From an uncultured Verrucomicrobiae bacterium (GTDB lineage: Bacteria > Verrucomicrobiota > Verrucomicrobiia > Chthoniobacterales > UBA10450), in the NCBI GenBank assembly GCA_963789045.1, contig CAWBIP010000007.1, positions 19,976-83,975 of the forward strand: DNA of 64,000 nt, written 5' to 3'. Below are positions 9,892 through 20,453 of the stretch, one piece after another. A model generated the notes under the pieces. The model was not told the DNA's origin. It made no database searches and saw nothing but the letters and a program-made list of their open reading frames with translations. Made by a program: the position numbers and the translations under genes. The number at the start of each line of letters is the position of its first letter. Position 1 is the stretch's first letter.

Positions 9892-11637
9892 TTAACGCGA
9901 CCCAGCGAACCTGCATCGCATTGGCACAACATAATTGTCACGCATCTCACAAAGGTAACGCCTCAGCATTGTCTTGAACCTGTACGGTAGATTGTCTTCG
10001 TTGCGTTCTTTCCCCACGAAGTCCTGAAATTTTATTTTTATGACTCGATTCTCACTCGGATTGAGGTCGATTTCAAAGTTGATGCGTCCGTCGACCTGTC
10101 TCCAGGCAATCTCCTGATCATCCGTGCAAATTCGTTGTATCGTCGAAGGCTCACATTCTCGCCTTCTAATTAAGAAACGCTTTGGATGGCCAGAGGGATT
10201 CTCAATCCGTAGCTCTGTTCCATACATCTCCACTTCCACCGCGCCTGATGAATCTCCCCTTTGACGGCAGCTGCGTCGAACTACGTCTCCCAGGTTACGC
10301 CAAGTCGGCGCGCATCGCAGAGCATTTACTTGCTGGACAAATCTAACCAGGCGCGCGCAGTGATCGCTACAATAGTCATGATGGATTATCGCTATCGCGG
10401 GTTTCCCCAACAAAGCGTCGAAAGCAAAGTTTTCGATCCCTTCCCATGGGTATCTCCTGGTAAAGAGTGGAAAGGTGTAACGCATGACTGCAATGTCCCA
10501 TACATCGGAGATTGTGATCGCACGAGGATGCGGATCCGCGCTAATGATGTCGTTATTGACAGACGCAATAAGATTGGTCCGTTTTAGCGCACTCATGGCA
10601 GCTTCCGAAAAAACGCCTTGAGGAAATACCATGACGGGATCGTGAGAAATTCCGGTAATAGCCTCATGACGATCCATACGCTCCAGCGCTTGCCGGGCTT
10701 TCCAATAGAGCCGTTGCTGACCGGGGCTACCGAACTCCGCCCGGGTATGATCGCAACCGTGAACCGAAAGTGAGAAATGCTCGGGGTTTTCTCGGAACAG
10801 TCGCACAGTTTCTGGAGCACTCCTCCTCCAGTTCCATGGGATGAATGCGATATTCGTAGAAAAGTTGTGTCGCTTCATCAGGGACAGAAGTTCCTGAAAA
10901 TCCACAAACCCATGCGTCGGCTTTAACAGAGGGTCGTCGATAACTAAACAGGCGCTTGCTTCGGGGGCATGCCAGGAGCTCTCAGGAAACGCCCATCTAA
11001 TGTAGGAAACGAGTGGGACTGCAGAGAAGAAATGATCGCGGATGTCGAAGTTGAAGGTTGTCAGTTCGGCGTCAATGTCGATCAGTCGTTCTGACGAGAT
11101 AAACACCGGCAAGCCATTGCAACTTACTTTCAGAAAGGCGGCCTTATCTTCCCCGGCAATCAGCGGAGTCAGCGAGCCTCCATCCGTATGGAAGAAGTCG
11201 CCGCTGCCCAGGTGGGTGGCCGAAGGCTGTATGCGAAGATCGCGCATGGCGCCGAACATGCCGTCAGGCTCATTTGCGATATGCCACTCGGTAACACGCC
11301 CTGCTCCTCTGCGAATTGAGATCGTCGCTCCGGAAAGCTGGCTTACCGCGTTTGCAATCGCGACAGGATCGCCGTTGGAATACAAGAAAACGGAATGGAT
11401 TTGCCGCGCGAGCGAGTTGGAGTTGCATGATCCGTTCTGCAGATCTCCCACCACGCGTGCAAAGGCCTGCACAGAACACACGAGTCTATATTTTTCGACG
11501 GATTTGTTCTCTGGTAGTCCAAGCTCTGTCGCACGCCGCTTTAGGTAACGCACGCCAAAAAATTTGAGCAGCCTTTCGGCCCTCTGATCGTCGGCTGATG
11601 CGTAGTCAGCGGTTAGGAGCAATGCTTTTTCCTGCAT
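9892..11637 (-). CDS. Hypothetical two-domain protein with a NodB/CE4-like (polysaccharide deacetylase-like) central region
   Basis: 581-aa ORF. CLVIDDPLLKP...NIAFIPWNWRRS...FSLSVHGCDHTRAEFG resembles the D-D and H-x-x-x-H metal motifs of deacetylase-like folds. The N-terminal roughly 220 aa have no motif I recognise. Confidence 0.4.
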   Translation of the reverse strand: MQEKALLLTADYASADDQRAERLLKFFGVRYLKRRATELGLPENKSVEKYRLVCSVQAFARVVGDLQNGSCNSNSLARQIHSVFLYSNGDPVAIANAVSQLSGATISIRRGAGRVTEWHIANEPDGMFGAMRDLRIQPSATHLGSGDFFHTDGGSLTPLIAGEDKAAFLKVSCNGLPVFISSERLIDIDAELTTFNFDIRDHFFSAVPLVSYIRWAFPESSWHAPEASACLVIDDPLLKPTHGFVDFQELLSLMKRHNFSTNIAFIPWNWRRSAPETVRLFRENPEHFSLSVHGCDHTRAEFGSPGQQRLYWKARQALERMDRHEAITGISHDPVMVFPQGVFSEAAMSALKRTNLIASVNNDIISADPHPRAITISDVWDIAVMRYTFPLFTRRYPWEGIENFAFDALLGKPAIAIIHHDYCSDHCARLVRFVQQVNALRCAPTWRNLGDVVRRSCRQRGDSSGAVEVEMYGTELRIENPSGHPKRFLIRRRECEPSTIQRICTDDQEIAWRQVDGRINFEIDLNPSENRVIKIKFQDFVGKERNEDNLPYRFKTMLRRYLCEMRDNYVVPMRCRFAGSR

Positions 11638-11683
11638 CGATTCTGACCTTGGTCCGCGTTGAGTCGCTAGAGACAGTCAGGGA

Positions 11684-12532
11684 CTATAACGGCTTCCTGG
11701 CGACGACTAACGACCTCATGGCCCTCGAGCGAGCGACCGTATTCAAGATCGGGGATAACGTGCGAAAAACTCCGGTCATCACTGGACCGGCGGAATGAGG
11801 AACCCAGCAGAAATGCTCTGTTCGTAGTAACTCGAACCCTTCTTGCACGAATGGCGCCGCGTACTCTTCCAAGGATGGGACATAACACTGTTTCTCTTTT
11901 TTCCGACGCACTCTGTTCCTGAGGTCACTGCGAAACAACGGGAACCGATTGTTCATGTCAATCACAACACATATACCACCCGGCACGAGCAAATTGAAAA
12001 TGTCTCTAACACAATCCCGCTCCTTCTTCGCGTCGTGGGAATATCGAATTGTGTTTACCCCGAGAACGAAGTGAAACGAATTCTGGAGAGACGACTTGTC
12101 TATTCCAGCCGACGTCGAAATATCGCTAATCAAGCTCTCATTTCGGGCAACGCAGAATTGAAGACTGTGAGAATCCTGCCCCCGAAGGTAATCCTTGGCC
12201 TCGCGTCTGGCCGTTTCAACCATTGCGGGGGAAAAGTCAGTGCCAATAGCTTGCGCAGTGTGAATCCCGCTGCTTTTCAGCATCGAAACAAGTCGAAGGA
12301 GATTCATCCCGCCTCCGCAACCAAATTCCAGGATACGAATGCCATCCTGGCAGGTTTGCTCAGGCAACAGGTTGAGCGCTTCAAGGTAAACCGCCTTATA
12401 ATCGTGATCGAGAAGATAGTTAATTCCGGAACCAGCCGTGGCCCAGGTGTACTTCGAGATCTCATTCTCTGCTGAGTATTGGTCTAAGTAAGCATTTGTC
12501 TCCATAAACTTATCGGTGTTTGTAGAAATCAT
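11684..12532 (-). CDS. Class I SAM-dependent methyltransferase
   Basis: 282-aa ORF with motif I ILEFGCGGGMNLLRL, plus post-I and motif II regions. Confidence 0.75.
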   Translation of the reverse strand: MISTNTDKFMETNAYLDQYSAENEISKYTWATAGSGINYLLDHDYKAVYLEALNLLPEQTCQDGIRILEFGCGGGMNLLRLVSMLKSSGIHTAQAIGTDFSPAMVETARREAKDYLRGQDSHSLQFCVARNESLISDISTSAGIDKSSLQNSFHFVLGVNTIRYSHDAKKERDCVRDIFNLLVPGGICVVIDMNNRFPLFRSDLRNRVRRKKEKQCYVPSLEEYAAPFVQEGFELLRTEHFCWVPHSAGPVMTGVFRTLSPILNTVARSRAMRSLVVARKPL

Positions 12533-12657
12533 TTTGAGTTAGTTGTTAGAATAGGATATTTTGATTGCCCAACGATCTTCGCAACGGCGCCCCAACATAA
12601 CCCGAGAGCAGGGCAAATCCGCGCGGAGCAGAACCAGTTTTCTTGTCATCCGGTAAG

Positions 12658-13638
12658 TCACGCGGAATGGCTGTCCACGAATGTCGAATAGCTCGTCGGT
12701 TTGTCGCCACTTCCAATAACAACTGCAGGTTTTTGGCCGTAAATCATTCGATGCCAACCCCAGCGTCGCCCAATCCACTTGGCCACGGCGTCTGGAATAG
12801 CTTTACCTAGAAACGACCAGTGATCGACGTTAAACTCCCACACTTCCTGCCTCACATTTTCAAAAGCTTGAAAGAGAGCACGTGCTTCTTCGTAATCGTA
12901 CACGCGCGATAAGGGACAAAATGGTCCATCCGTATTCATGCTAACCCATTCTTCTTTTGTTAGTTTTTTTCTCTTCAGCAGTCTTTCACGATGCCCTTCT
13001 AGTTTCCCTCGATCAAAGCCTGTAACCGCGGCAATGAGTCGAGGCATGAACTTGGGAAATAGACACCACCTCAACAATCTCCGTAAAAACAAAATCTCTA
13101 TGTAATAGTTTATCGAGTTTCGGTTGTACAACATCACCGTAAAAGTACCCCCCTTCTTCAAAACCCGATAAATCTCTCCAACAATTTTATCCGGATGAGG
13201 TGAGTGATGAATTACACCGAAGCTATAAACATGATCCACGGTTTCGTTCGGAAAGGGCAGGCCTTCCTCAGCATTTGCGACTTCAAGGCGACCTGGCACT
13301 CCGAATACTTTGAACCGTTCCCGTGCCAGCTCCACAGAGTTGGCCGTGAGATCGACTCCGATGTAATTCGCGCCGTTCCTCGCAAACTCAATGCCGTCAG
13401 CTCCTATTCCACACCCGATCTCAAGAACATCCTTCCCACGGAAGGACCCGAACTTTGCAACAATCGGTACGTGCCAGTCGCGACCCTGATAACGTTTCCT
13501 GGTGATTTCCTCAAAATACCGTCGACGGTCATTTTCAGAAGACCACGTCGATTGGCAGGGGTTTGCATTCCAGAAATCCTTTACCTTTGCGATGTCGATT
13601 TGCTTCATAACGCGTTGTGGAAGCGTGTCTAGCTTCAA
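12658..13638 (-). CDS. Class I SAM-dependent methyltransferase
   Basis: 326-aa ORF with VLEIGCGIGADGIEFARNGANYIGVDLT ... VDHVYSFGVIHHSP ... LKKGGTFTVMLY. Confidence 0.8.
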   Translation of the reverse strand: MKLDTLPQRVMKQIDIAKVKDFWNANPCQSTWSSENDRRRYFEEITRKRYQGRDWHVPIVAKFGSFRGKDVLEIGCGIGADGIEFARNGANYIGVDLTANSVELARERFKVFGVPGRLEVANAEEGLPFPNETVDHVYSFGVIHHSPHPDKIVGEIYRVLKKGGTFTVMLYNRNSINYYIEILFLRRLLRWCLFPKFMPRLIAAVTGFDRGKLEGHRERLLKRKKLTKEEWVSMNTDGPFCPLSRVYDYEEARALFQAFENVRQEVWEFNVDHWSFLGKAIPDAVAKWIGRRWGWHRMIYGQKPAVVIGSGDKPTSYSTFVDSHSA

Positions 13639-13705
13639 TATCTTTGCAATCAGGCCTTTTTCTATCCGGTACTCGCTGGATGATATCGTACCGGCCGCTT
13701 GACAG

Positions 13706-14629
13706 TCAAACTTGACGGTCGGCTGGGCCGTCGCGTAGATAAAATTTCTCGATTTTCTGAAACTTGATCAGTGAGCCAAGAATACCTTTTAGCTTTGTCA
13801 TTTGTTCCCGCCGGTGAAATCGCATCAGATCACCGGAAACGGGTCGTGGTACGCGCCGTAAAGCAGCCCAACAAAATCCTGAAAACAACGCCAATCCGCC
13901 CACAAGGAGTGGTCGTTTCGTCATCCGATAAGCTACACGGAATAGCTGCCAGGTGAAGGATCCACCCAGATAGTAATCCTTCTCGCCGTAAGAAAACATC
14001 GCGCCCACCGCTCCCCGCTCGGCGGTGCCCATCCGCCGATGGTGACGAAAGCGTCTTTCTGGGAAGTTCCGCGTTTTCCATCCTTTCATCCGGGCGGTTG
14101 TGACTGCGATCCAGTCAATCCCACCTGCTCGGTTTGGCAAATATCCTCCGATATCGCTAAAGCACTGGCGCTGGAAAACTTGACACGCTCCATGAACAGA
14201 ATTTTCACTCTCAAAACTATCTTTTGTAGAATCAAATCCTTCCTCGTTGTAAGCCGTGCCTGTAACGCCCAGACTTGGATCCTCTATCAGCTTCTGCAGC
14301 AGAAACTCAAACTGATCAGGTCCAAAAGATATGTCCGCATCCAGATTTCCGATGGCTTCGAACTCGAGGAACTGGACTCTTTCGAATCCGGCATTGAACG
14401 CGTGAACTTTCGCAGCAAAATTGCGGTACTGCCGTTGCGGCAGACGGACTAGTTCAATCCAGGGATAGCGGGCAGCGTAGCGTTCGACAACTTCGGCGGT
14501 GTGGTCTGTTGACCCGTCATCCACAATGACCCATCGCTCAGGCAACACGGTCTGACTAACCACTGAGTCCAGCGTCTTCGCAATGAACGCCTCCTCATTA
14601 CGCGCCGAGGTGATTAGGACGTACTTCAT
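13706..14629 (-). CDS. GT2-family glycosyltransferase
   Basis: 307-aa ORF with N-terminus MKYVLITSARNEEAFIAKTLDSVVSQT...WVIVDDGSTDHT and a NLDADI (DxD-like) motif. Confidence 0.8.
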   Translation of the reverse strand: MKYVLITSARNEEAFIAKTLDSVVSQTVLPERWVIVDDGSTDHTAEVVERYAARYPWIELVRLPQRQYRNFAAKVHAFNAGFERVQFLEFEAIGNLDADISFGPDQFEFLLQKLIEDPSLGVTGTAYNEEGFDSTKDSFESENSVHGACQVFQRQCFSDIGGYLPNRAGGIDWIAVTTARMKGWKTRNFPERRFRHHRRMGTAERGAVGAMFSYGEKDYYLGGSFTWQLFRVAYRMTKRPLLVGGLALFSGFCWAALRRVPRPVSGDLMRFHRREQMTKLKGILGSLIKFQKIEKFYLRDGPADRQV

Positions 14630-14639
14630 AATCTAGAGA

Positions 14640-14657
14640 TCAGAGATCAGAAGTCAG
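14640..14657 (-). repeat. Intercistronic 18-mer TCAGAGATCAGAAGTCAG (plus strand), copy 1 of 2, 10 nt upstream of the GT2 start codon
   Basis: Read directly. It matches 31807-31824 at 17 of 18 positions. The sense strand reads CTGACTTCTGATCTCTGA and is built of CTGAYYT-like heptads. Confidence 0.6.
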
Positions 14658-14660
14658 ATA

Positions 14661-15785
14661 TCACGCTACTGAGGAAAGTGGAACGTGGGAGGCTTGTGCT
14701 TCTGACGCCTGACTTCTGCCCGGGTGGATCTGGGCGAAGATCTCATCCATAATGCGGGCCGTTAAGATGATTTCGCGATAAGGGATCGGAACCGGGCTCC
14801 CTTTTCGAACGCTGTTATAAAAGCGTTCAATCAACTCTTTCATCCCGAAGTCCTGATAAAGCCGCCGCCGGAGAAAGTTAATTATGTTGAGCCTTGCGTT
14901 TCTAAGATGTTCGAAACTATTTTTCACGGCTGGAATGAAATAGGTCAGGTAGCTTTTATAAGAACGGGTTTTTTGTCTTATTAGACTTCCCGTGATGATA
15001 TCCGCGGTCACTGAATGAGATGGCCCGTGAACGCGTAATTGATTAAGGCCTTTGATTTGGGAGGAAAAACAAAAGAACGCTGTCGTGCCACTCTTGTCCC
15101 GAATCATGACCCTTAGCTCATCCATGACTTCTTCTGCGCCGACGCTACGGAGTTGCTCGCTTTGATGTGCCGTAGCGACGATTTCTGTCACTTCGTCATC
15201 AAGGAATTCAGCCAGTTTAGCAATTCCATGGCTGATGATGTTATGAAATAATTGCCCCGGAAGTTGGCGAACCCAATGGTTGCGATTTCCAAGAAATGCA
15301 CTGGCATATCTTAAATCTCCCATGTCGTACGACCAGTAGCTTTCCAGGTGGGCCGGTCGTCCACCGAGAAACCCTTGCTCTACGAGCCGGCGCATTTCGA
15401 GCATCTCGAGAGTAAACAGGTAGTTGTGACCAACGGTTATTTTTAGGCCACGGTGTTGAGCCAATTCAATTAACGACTCAGTCTCACTCGCCGTAACAGT
15501 AAACGGTTTTTCCAAATAGACATGGCTGCCTGATTCGAGGCATTGTTTCGCAAGCGAATAATGACTCCGTGGAGGAGTAGTAATGTGAACGACGTCAGGA
15601 GAAACGGCGTGCAGCATCTCTTTCAGATCCGAGAAGCATTTAGCAATGCTGAAACGTTGAGCGATCTGCCTGGCCATAAGCGGTTCGCAATCGCAAACGG
15701 CAACGATTTCGCAGTCCGGGATCCGATGGATCGCCGCGACGTGCTGGTCCGCGACCTTGCCGCAGCCTACGAGAGCCACCCGCAA
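14661..15785 (-). CDS. Gfo/Idh/MocA-family NAD(P)-dependent oxidoreductase
   Basis: 374-aa ORF; (M)RVALVGCGKVADQHVAAI...VHITTPPRSHYSLAKQCLESGSHVYLEKP is the family's Rossmann + EKP motif. The start is TTG or GTG, not ATG. Confidence 0.8.
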   Translation of the reverse strand: MRVALVGCGKVADQHVAAIHRIPDCEIVAVCDCEPLMARQIAQRFSIAKCFSDLKEMLHAVSPDVVHITTPPRSHYSLAKQCLESGSHVYLEKPFTVTASETESLIELAQHRGLKITVGHNYLFTLEMLEMRRLVEQGFLGGRPAHLESYWSYDMGDLRYASAFLGNRNHWVRQLPGQLFHNIISHGIAKLAEFLDDEVTEIVATAHQSEQLRSVGAEEVMDELRVMIRDKSGTTAFFCFSSQIKGLNQLRVHGPSHSVTADIITGSLIRQKTRSYKSYLTYFIPAVKNSFEHLRNARLNIINFLRRRLYQDFGMKELIERFYNSVRKGSPVPIPYREIILTARIMDEIFAQIHPGRSQASEAQASHVPLSSVA

Positions 15786-15870
15786 CGTGCGCGAGGTTGA
15801 TGGTTGAGTGTTAATGGTTCAGACCCTTTGAAATTAAGCGGTTGGTTAAACCCATCACTGATGGCGGACG

Positions 15871-16971
15871 TCAGATGACGGAGACTTGGCTGTCGCCATT
15901 TGATTCGAACTGTCCTAAAAACAAAGCGATCGCCTGCTCCATCGGTACCTTCGGTCTCCAGCCGACCCGTTCTTTAAGCTTTTGATTGGAGTAGCGATTT
16001 CCCTTCCATTCGGCGGCACAACGGCGACGATTAAAAGCCGGGGGAACCTGGTTTTTTGACCAGTGGGAGTATTTCTCCCACAGCAGGGACATGGCGTAAC
16101 CGACGATGTACGGAACTCTGATTGATACAAAAGATTTCGCCTTCCTTTTGTAAGCTTTTAGGAACTGTTGCCCTGTCGGCAATTCATCATCCACAACGTT
16201 AAATATCTCACCCTCGATTCCCGCCTTGAGACCAGCCAACACAACGGCCTCGGCACAGTTATCGACGAAGACTAATGGCAAAGCCTGAGAGCCGTTTACC
16301 TGTATCAAAAATCCAAATGCGCTGGTGCCGACGCGGCCGTTCAATTCTCGCTTCCCTGGTCCGAATACTTACCCTGGCCTGAGAATCACATAGGGCAGAT
16401 TATGCACCTCGCCGTATTCCTTAACAAGTTCCTCCTGCTTAAGTTTCCCAAAGCCATAAGCGTCAAATCGCTCCTGGGGCGCATCCTCTAGTGGACAGTT
16501 CTCATCCAGGAGAGCACCACGGCTCAAAGTGAGGTTCGAATACACGGCAAAGGAACTGACATTCACAAAACGCTTGGGCTCACCAAAGTGGAGAAAGGCA
16601 TCCATGAGATTACGCGTAGCAAGCGCCGAGTTCATAAATGCACCTGCGAACGACTTTTCCATGCCGGCTGCTAGATGGTAAATAATCGAGGTCCCCGCCG
16701 CCGCTTTCCGGCAATCCGTGGGTGAAAGAAGATCGCCGGTAACGATTTCCACTTTCTTCTCGGCATTAAATTGGCGGAGCGTTTTTCCGAGTCGGGTAAG
16801 TTCGCTGGATGGCCGGACAAAACAACAGATATCCGTAAAGCCGTAGTCAAGGAGCGTGGCGACTACTTTAGTTCCGATGAAGCCACTGGATCCAGTGACC
16901 AGGATGCGCTCATCCCGCGATACAATGTACTCGGAATTCGATGCCGGATCAGGAGGACGGCGTTGACTCAT
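15871..16971 (-). pseudogene. NAD-dependent epimerase/dehydratase (extended SDR) interrupted by an in-frame TAA
   Basis: ORFs 16369..17064 (ILVTGSSGFIGTKVV...) and 15871..16344 are in the same phase. The junction reads ..YVILRPG-TAA-VFGPGKRELNG.., and the stop at 16369-16371 sits inside the conserved RP-x-x-V(F/Y)GPG motif. The likely start MSQRRPP is at 16971, 2 nt after the upstream stop. Confidence 0.75.
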
Positions 16972-16972
16972 T

Positions 16973-18825
16973 TCAGTTACCGAGGTTATCCTGGCCGTCA
17001 GCCATTTTATTTGTCGGGCCATCTTTTGCCTTTTTCGCTTTTTTTCTGTCTGGTTGTTTCCCACCCCAGGGCTGCCTTTTCCTAAGAGGATTGTGTTGCG
17101 GGTTCCCTGTCGCGTTCCCCGTCATCTGCTCCGGTGGCGGCAGGCCTTTCGTCAACGGATGCGGGTAAGTGTAAGGCGTATAACCCGGCATTGGGGTGTC
17201 CTGAAAATAATCCCTTCCAGCAATGATGTTCGGCGTGGATGATGTGAAATTAACATGACCCCCGGAAGCTGTATGAATGTTGTTCCAAGAATAGTTGCCT
17301 TCCCTTACTTGATGTAACCATGTAGGCGTTGGTTTGTCGCCGCTGATAAGGTCGCCAGCACCCGCTCCGGGCTGGTCAATGCATTGCAGCACCTTGCGAA
17401 TCTCATAGATTTGTCCGTTCGTCCAATTCACAATGCAACAAGGATCGCCCCACTGACGAGTGGACAAAGCAGTTGCTGTGTTCGATACAATCAGGAACGT
17501 CGCGCCGTCAGATGGCCGGGACAGCGAATACCCATGGTACTGACTGGGTGCCCAATTCTTGGAACTGTCGGTGAGCGTACCGTCACTGCCGCTGTTCGTC
17601 GAGCCCGTCACGCTGCCGCTATCGAACACACCCCCAGGATCGTTCACATCCCATGCGCTCGTTCCGTTTGCGCCACGCCATCCGTCGAATGGGCCCGACG
17701 GGCCGTAATTGTTAATCATCCGGTACGTTTGCTGGTTCCATCCCTTCGGCTGAATTCCGATGAAAGTGTTATCGTGCACGAGCAACGTGCCTGATCGAAC
17801 GCCATCCATGCTGATGGCATGATCCCAGTGAAATTCGTTGTTGTACATTTCCTCTGCACGTCCACCACGCTCACGACCATTTTCCGTGCCGTGACAGAGA
17901 ATCTCTAGGTTGAACAGGATGGAGTATCGTACGACGTATTTGCTGCCTTGATGACCGTCAAATCCTTGCGCAGCAGAGAATATCTGTCCGCTATCATTGT
18001 TGATCCAACAATCTTCAATGAACCAAAAATCATCAGTTCCGAAGCCCGATGGCTTACTCCACTCTACGTCGCCGTACGGATACGAACCGTTTTTAATTTT
18101 GTTCTGGAAATGCTGCGGATTACTCTTGTCTGCTTGATCATAAACGATGTGGTCTTGCACTCCACGAATACCAGCGTAAATCTCGATTCCGGCGTTACGA
18201 TGCAACTGCCCAGTAAAGTGCAAATGATCGAACCGCACAGTATGCGAACCGCCTACGGCTGGATTTGTGCTGCCGGCTACGGCTATTGGCCCGTTGGGCC
18301 ACTCCCTGTCCCGCCCGTGAACGTGATCCCTGTAACACGAAATGATTTACCGGGCAGCATTGGGCTACCATCAAAGAACCTTGCGCCGCTAGTGATGTTA
18401 TCCACCAAAATTGTCTTGTCAGATACCGGAGGCGGTGACGTAACAGACCAAATACTATGATCTCCACTAACGGTGGTCTGGCCCTGAATCGTAATGCCCT
18501 TCGTAATGGTAAGGCCTGAAGTCCAGGCAGCCGTTCCCGCCGGAATGATTACGGTGTCGCCATCCGCTGCCGACGCTACAGCCCTCCTAACATCAGTTAG
18601 AGAAGGGCTGGCAGCGTTAATCATTCTTGCCTGCACCGCGCTAGAAGAAGCGAAAAGCAGCACGGCAAGGACCGCACTCAGAACCGCATAATTCGGCCGC
18701 AACACAAACGGCGAATCGAAATCGGAAAGCCGATGGCGTTCCGCGCCACCAGTAGCATCACAACTGATGCCTGATTGAATTCGAGGCCGTAATTGAGTCT
18801 GTACTGCCATTTGTCCCAGGTACAA
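16973..18825 (-). pseudogene. Secreted right-handed beta-helix (pectate-lyase-fold-like) protein, one frame disruption
   Basis: ORF 18283..18825 has a signal-peptide-like AVLSAVLAVLLFASSSAVQA followed by GDTVIIPAGTAAW..GITIQGQ. ORF 16973..18238 continues upstream of its listed start as ..PNGPIAVAGSTNPAVGGSHTVRFDHLHFTG. The phase change 1>2 indicates a 1-nt loss in the G-run near 18294-18300. The C-terminus is Lys-rich (KKAKKAKDG). Confidence 0.6.
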
Positions 18826-18859
18826 TTCTAATTTTCAAGATCTCAAATTCGAAAGCTGC

Positions 18860-20321
18860 TCAAGGAACCGGGCAAAGGACAACGCCCATGCTAGGGTTTT
18901 CCTTCGACATAAGCCAATTCCATATCGTCTTCAGATCTCTCAGTCCCGACAGACGATTCCGTAGTGGTGAAGCGAGTTTGCGGGTAGTCCATTGCAATGA
19001 GATAGAAAGCAAACCAGATGGGATTAGCGTTACGAACGCTGCTTCCGTCCAGTTGTACAGGACTATTGCCGCGAGGAAGCCCAATCGATATCGCCCCAAT
19101 TCAAAATTTCGAAAAAGCTCAAAGCGTATTTTCCAGAATGTGTCAACGAATAGTCCGATCAGGAGGAACACTCCCATTATCCCCAGGGTCAAATAAGTTT
19201 CCAAATAGCCATTATGAGCCTCGTTTATGCTATAAAAGAAAATTCCTTCCAGCACCTTCAGCCTTTTTCCCAACCAGAAGCTTTCAAAGCCCGTTCCAAG
19301 AACTGGATTGGTATGCACTTCCAGGAGATGTGTCCAGATTATCGTTCTCCCCGAAAGGCCGGTGCCCCTACCGAGAGCCTCGGAATAATGCCCGGAGAAG
19401 CCAAATGCAAGTTCTGCTACCACCACGAGAACTAGTGCGGTTAACATATACGTCCCAATAAAATTCTTATTTATAGAACGGAAGCCGACAAAGACGACCA
19501 CCACTATCCCTACAATCAAAGATGTCGCAGATGTGGCACTGTGCGCCTGTGAAAAAAGCCACCAGATACCCATCAAAAACCCGACAATCAGCCGAAGCTC
19601 GTTTCGTCTCCAGGTGCTCCGGTCAGTTCGCCAGGTTTGCAGCAAATACCAAAAGAAAAAGTAACCCAGGATCAGGCAATCGGCACCCAGCACGTTTTTG
19701 CTAGGGTGATACCTTTGTACATGCCTCTCCCGTCCACGGGTCATAGCCTCGACCCAACTCGGGATAATATTTGATCCAAAAAATGGAAACCGGGACGACG
19801 ACATAGGCACATCGTTTCATCAACCGGATTAGCGCTTCTTCCGGATTCGGTTCCGTAAGGATGATCAGCGCCATGATCGGATGACCCAGAATCTTGATCC
19901 ACCGCTTGAAAGCCACGAATGGGAAGTCTGACCAAATAATGGAAACCAAACAAAATAGGAGAAATATTGTAAGCCATTGATTGTTGCGAACAATTTCTGA
20001 AAGACGGACCTGCCTCTGACTAAGAACATAAACGCCGACTACAATCATGAAAAAGAAAAACCAAGCGTCCAGCGGGCTTCCCTCCTCTACAGAAACAGCG
20101 CCGCCTACAGGTAAGCCGAAGAAGTCGAGCCATTGAGATAGGCCTCTTGAGCAAGCGATTACCAGCCAAATAAGCGGGAGCCACAGTGCGCCGCTGACAT
20201 TGGGCTTTTGCCGAATGTCTCGCCTGAAAAGGAAGACAATGAAGGCAACGGTGAGCCAAGAGGCTAGGAAGGGGCAGGTGAAGGCCAACAAGCTGGCAAT
20301 GTGGGTTGCGACGAGATTCAC
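18860..20321 (-). pseudogene. Wzy-like O-antigen polymerase/ligase-family membrane protein, one frame disruption
   Basis: ORF 19701..20321 (multi-TM N-terminal half) and ORF 18860..19810 (YHPSKNVLGADCL..., AHNGYLETYLTLGIMGVFLLIGL = Wzy_C-type motif) overlap. The phase change 0>2 indicates a +1 insertion near 19701-19745. Confidence 0.65.
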
Positions 20322-20453
20322 GGATTACGAATTCTTGAATTATCTCAGGATGACCATTGGCCGAAGCCCAACAAATCCCCGACGGTGATCTCAACGGAAT
20401 CAATTTGATGAGGCCTACTCATAAAACAATTGAGCTAACTCATTACGGCGCTT

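Noticed and set aside
20345-20355. ctcaggatgac at about 20345 as a third copy of the REP-like element; also isolated gtcatcc strings at about 12644 and 13917.
   Set aside because: Only a single terminal-like 7-11-mer is present, inside coding or AT-richer sequence. There is no GC-rich partner arm and no inverted repeat.
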